Shown here: one piece after another, positions 61,420 to 64,000 of the stretch
How positions within the stretch are numbered: the first letter of the stretch is position 1
Layout: each line of letters opens with the position of its first letter
DNA from: an uncultured Atopostipes sp.
Lineage (GTDB): Bacteria > Bacillota > Bacilli > Lactobacillales > Carnobacteriaceae_A
Reading direction: 5' to 3'
DNA: 64,000 nt
NCBI GenBank assembly: GCA_963558565.1
Contig: CAUWGX010000002.1
Coordinates: forward strand, 49,079-113,078
Translations under genes and position numbers: made by a program
The notes under the pieces: model-generated
Databases searched by the model: none
Seen by the model: the letters and a program-made list of their open reading frames with translations, nothing else
What the model was told of the DNA's origin: nothing

Positions 61420-63999
61420 TTATAGCCCACAACGTAATTGTGCACTACAGTTTGTACATGTGTTACAGCCACCGATTTCTTCTACAATACCTTGTCGACA
61501 AATCGGGCAAGTGTTCCCAATATCTGAACCATAAACAACGTCATCTGTATGTCCTTGTGAAAGCACATGTTCTTTCTCCGCTTGGTCAACTAATTGACGT
61601 AATTCATTGCTGTCATCGACCACTCGTGCATCATCTACATCGAATAGTGATAAGTTTTCAAAATCATTTTCTTCGGCTTCTAAGGTCAACACTTGAGAGT
61701 CACGAGACCCGTCCACATAGACAGTTCCACCTTTAGCGCCACCTTTAAAGAGACGTTCATAGATTTTCGCAACTTCTGAAACAGGGTACCCTTGCGGTGC
61801 ATTCACTGTTTTAGAAATTGAACTATCAACCCAACGTTGAATCGTTGTTTGGACATCGACGTGTTCTTCTGGTTTTAATTCCATGGAAGTGACAAAAAAT
61901 TCTGGTAAATTCTCTTCATCAGCTTCTGGATGAGCGTCTAAATATTCTTGAACAATGTCTGAATTCACTTCAATAAACTTACCTAAACGACCACTGCGGA
62001 AGTATTTGAAAGCGAAATAAGGTTCTAAACCAGTAGAAACATTCATCATTGTTCCTGTACTTCCTGTTGGTGCTACCGTTAGTAAGTGTGAGTTACGGAT
62101 ACCATGCTCTAGCACACCTTCACGGATATGCTCAGGCATACGTTTCATATAACCTGTTTGAATGAATTTCTCACGTAATTCTTGAGTTTCTTCTTCCGTT
62201 GCTCCAACTAAGAATGGGAAACTTCCTTTTTCTTTAGCGAGTTCAATCGACTCTTCATAAGCAGAAACAGCAATCGTTTCAAATACTTTGTCGATAACTT
62301 TATTACCTTCAGCAGAGCCGTAACGATTGTGTGTGTAAATCATTAAGTCTGCAAGACCCATTACACCAAGACCTATACGACGCTCACCAAGGGCTTGTTT
62401 TTCATTTTCAGGTAAGAAATATGGCGTAGCATCGATCACATTATCTTGCATACGAACCCCTGTTTTCACAGTGTCGATTAATTTATCATAATCAACCGTA
62501 TTGTCTTCTAAGTTCGCCATTTCAGCCAAGTTTACAGCGGCCAAGTTACAAACAGAATATGGCGCTAATGGTTGCTCACCACATGGGTTAGTTGCGACAA
62601 CTTTTTGACCATATGCTTTAGCGTTTGTGTCCGCGTTTGCATTGTCTATGAAGAAAATACCAGGTTCTGCTGAGTAAGTCGCACAAATATTGATTAAATT
62701 CCACAATTCGCGTGCTGGAATTGTACGGTATGTACGAACTGCATAACCCATTTCTTCCCATTCACGAACATCTCCAACATCTGGCCATAATTCGTTATAA
62801 TCAGCCATTTCTTGTTCGGTATAGTTTTCAGTATCCGGGAAACGTAAAGCCCATTCTTCATCTTTTTCGACAGCTTCCATGAAATCGTCCGTTAACGTTA
62901 CTGAAATGTTGGCTCCGGTTAAGAACTCTGGGTTCTGAACGTCGTAAGCTCCTCCATCGCGAACTTTTTCTTCCGCTGTTTTGATCATTTCTGGTGAAAA
63001 GCCACCATGTCCTGGTGAATTTTTATGTTTCGCTATGGTTCCATACATCTCTAATTCAGCAGGTGGGAAAGGAGTAAATTTTAAATTTTCCTGTGCAATA
63101 TTTCTAATCTCTTCATCTTTTGAATTTTCAATTAAATAACGTAAAATGCGAGGATTCTGCATTTTAGAAATAATAAATTCAACAATATCTGGGTGCCAAT
63201 CGGCAAGCATGATCATTTGCGCTCCACGACGTGAACCTCCTTGTTCCACTAAGTGCGTCAGTTGCGCAATATCATCTAACCAAGAAACCGATCCACTTGA
63301 TTTCCCATTCACTCCTCGAGCTAATGTGTTACGCGGACGGAGTGTTGAACCGTTTGTACCGACTCCACCACCACGAGACATAATTTCCATGACCTCTTTA
63401 CGGTGATCAGAAATTCCTTCACGAGAGTCCGGAACAAAAGGCATTACGTAACAGTTAAAGTAAGTAACATCTGTTCTTGAACCTGCTCCATAAAGCACAC
63501 GACCCGCAGGTACAAAGTTCTTCCCTCTTAATAAATCATAAAAACGTTCAAAAGACTCTTCAACATTCGCAGGATCTTCTTCCGCTTCAGCTAAACCTCT
63601 TGCGTTTCTTTTTACGATTTGTTCATAGAAAATCTCAAGGGGTTTTTCAATCGCGTCTAAGTTTCGTCGAACTAATCCTGTTTCAATTTCTTCTTCATCT
63701 TCTAAAGCTCCGCGATACTCATTTTCTAACAGGATAACAGCTTCATTGTTTTCTCGATCAAGCTCTTCGACATAGCCGATACCTCTTGCAGGATATTTCG
63801 GGTCAGGTTTTACAGTTAAAACCACCAAGTCACCTTCAGAAAGAGTTTCTTTTTTCGTATCTTTAAATGAATAACGATCAATCATGACCATTCGGGAAAC
63901 ACCTTTATGCGTAATATGCATATCTTCCGTCACAGGATAGACCGCTGAGAAGTTCTCAATATCTTTATTTAATTTATCAATATCAATATTTAGGGGTTG
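61420..63999 (-). CDS. nrdJ: Class II (adenosylcobalamin-dependent) ribonucleotide reductase; 5' end outside the window
   Basis: PAGRVL, NCYV, TNPCGEQPL, CNL, APTGS, C-terminal CPIC..CNTCTNC; frame stays open upstream of 63933 to the window edge. Confidence 0.94.
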   Translation of the reverse strand, partial: QPLNIDIDKLNKDIENFSAVYPVTEDMHITHKGVSRMVMIDRYSFKDTKKETLSEGDLVVLTVKPDPKYPARGIGYVEELDRENNEAVILLENEYRGALEDEEEIETGLVRRNLDAIEKPLEIFYEQIVKRNARGLAEAEEDPANVEESFERFYDLLRGKNFVPAGRVLYGAGSRTDVTYFNCYVMPFVPDSREGISDHRKEVMEIMSRGGGVGTNGSTLRPRNTLARGVNGKSSGSVSWLDDIAQLTHLVEQGGSRRGAQMIMLADWHPDIVEFIISKMQNPRILRYLIENSKDEEIRNIAQENLKFTPFPPAELEMYGTIAKHKNSPGHGGFSPEMIKTAEEKVRDGGAYDVQNPEFLTGANISVTLTDDFMEAVEKDEEWALRFPDTENYTEQEMADYNELWPDVGDVREWEEMGYAVRTYRTIPARELWNLINICATYSAEPGIFFIDNANADTNAKAYGQKVVATNPCGEQPLAPYSVCNLAAVNLAEMANLEDNTVDYDKLIDTVKTGVRMQDNVIDATPYFLPENEKQALGERRIGLGVMGLADLMIYTHNRYGSAEGNKVIDKVFETIAVSAYEESIELAKEKGSFPFLVGATEEETQELREKFIQTGYMKRMPEHIREGVLEHGIRNSHLLTVAPTGSTGTMMNVSTGLEPYFAFKYFRSGRLGKFIEVNSDIVQEYLDAHPEADEENLPEFFVTSMELKPEEHVDVQTTIQRWVDSSISKTVNAPQGYPVSEVAKIYERLFKGGAKGGTVYVDGSRDSQVLTLEAEENDFENLSLFDVDDARVVDDSNELRQLVDQAEKEHVLSQGHTDDVVYGSDIGNTCPICRQGIVEEIGGCNTCTNCSAQLRCGL

Positions 64000-64000
64000 A

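Noticed and set aside
666-63737. Numerous short ORFs antisense to or nested in long genes (e.g. 666..896, 15720..16100, 51224..51709, 63146..63406)
   Set aside because: Shadow ORFs of well-supported genes with no motifs

Overview
Low-GC Firmicute chromosome segment. The gene content and acidic proteins suggest Lactobacillales/Carnobacteriaceae, but this is an inference. Coding content is mostly housekeeping and scavenging: glyA, a GH2 glycosidase, mannitol PTS operon, nagB, guaC, dsdA, pta, sbcDC, an Opp-type peptide ABC operon with two binding proteins, rsmG-parA-parB-ychF, an mhq-like quinone detox operon, thiMED, pduO-type adenosyltransferase and class II nrdJ (truncated at the window end). 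No phage, IS, tRNA/rRNA or CRISPR was seen. The most interesting signal is non-coding: (1) two homologous candidate leader-peptide attenuators in the peptide ABC operon, one with a Phe/Tyr run and one with a Leu/Val/Ile run, sharing a five-segment alternative-hairpin layout; (2) a guaC leader laid out like a pyrG-type reiterative-transcription attenuator but predicted to start GGGA; (3) a His-His-His uORF between tandem His(CAC) T-boxes; (4) four 40-41 bp palindromic tandem arrays, two of which are the same family and bracket the peptide ABC operon. All mechanisms are hypotheses from by-eye sequence reading; nothing was folded or searched computationally.
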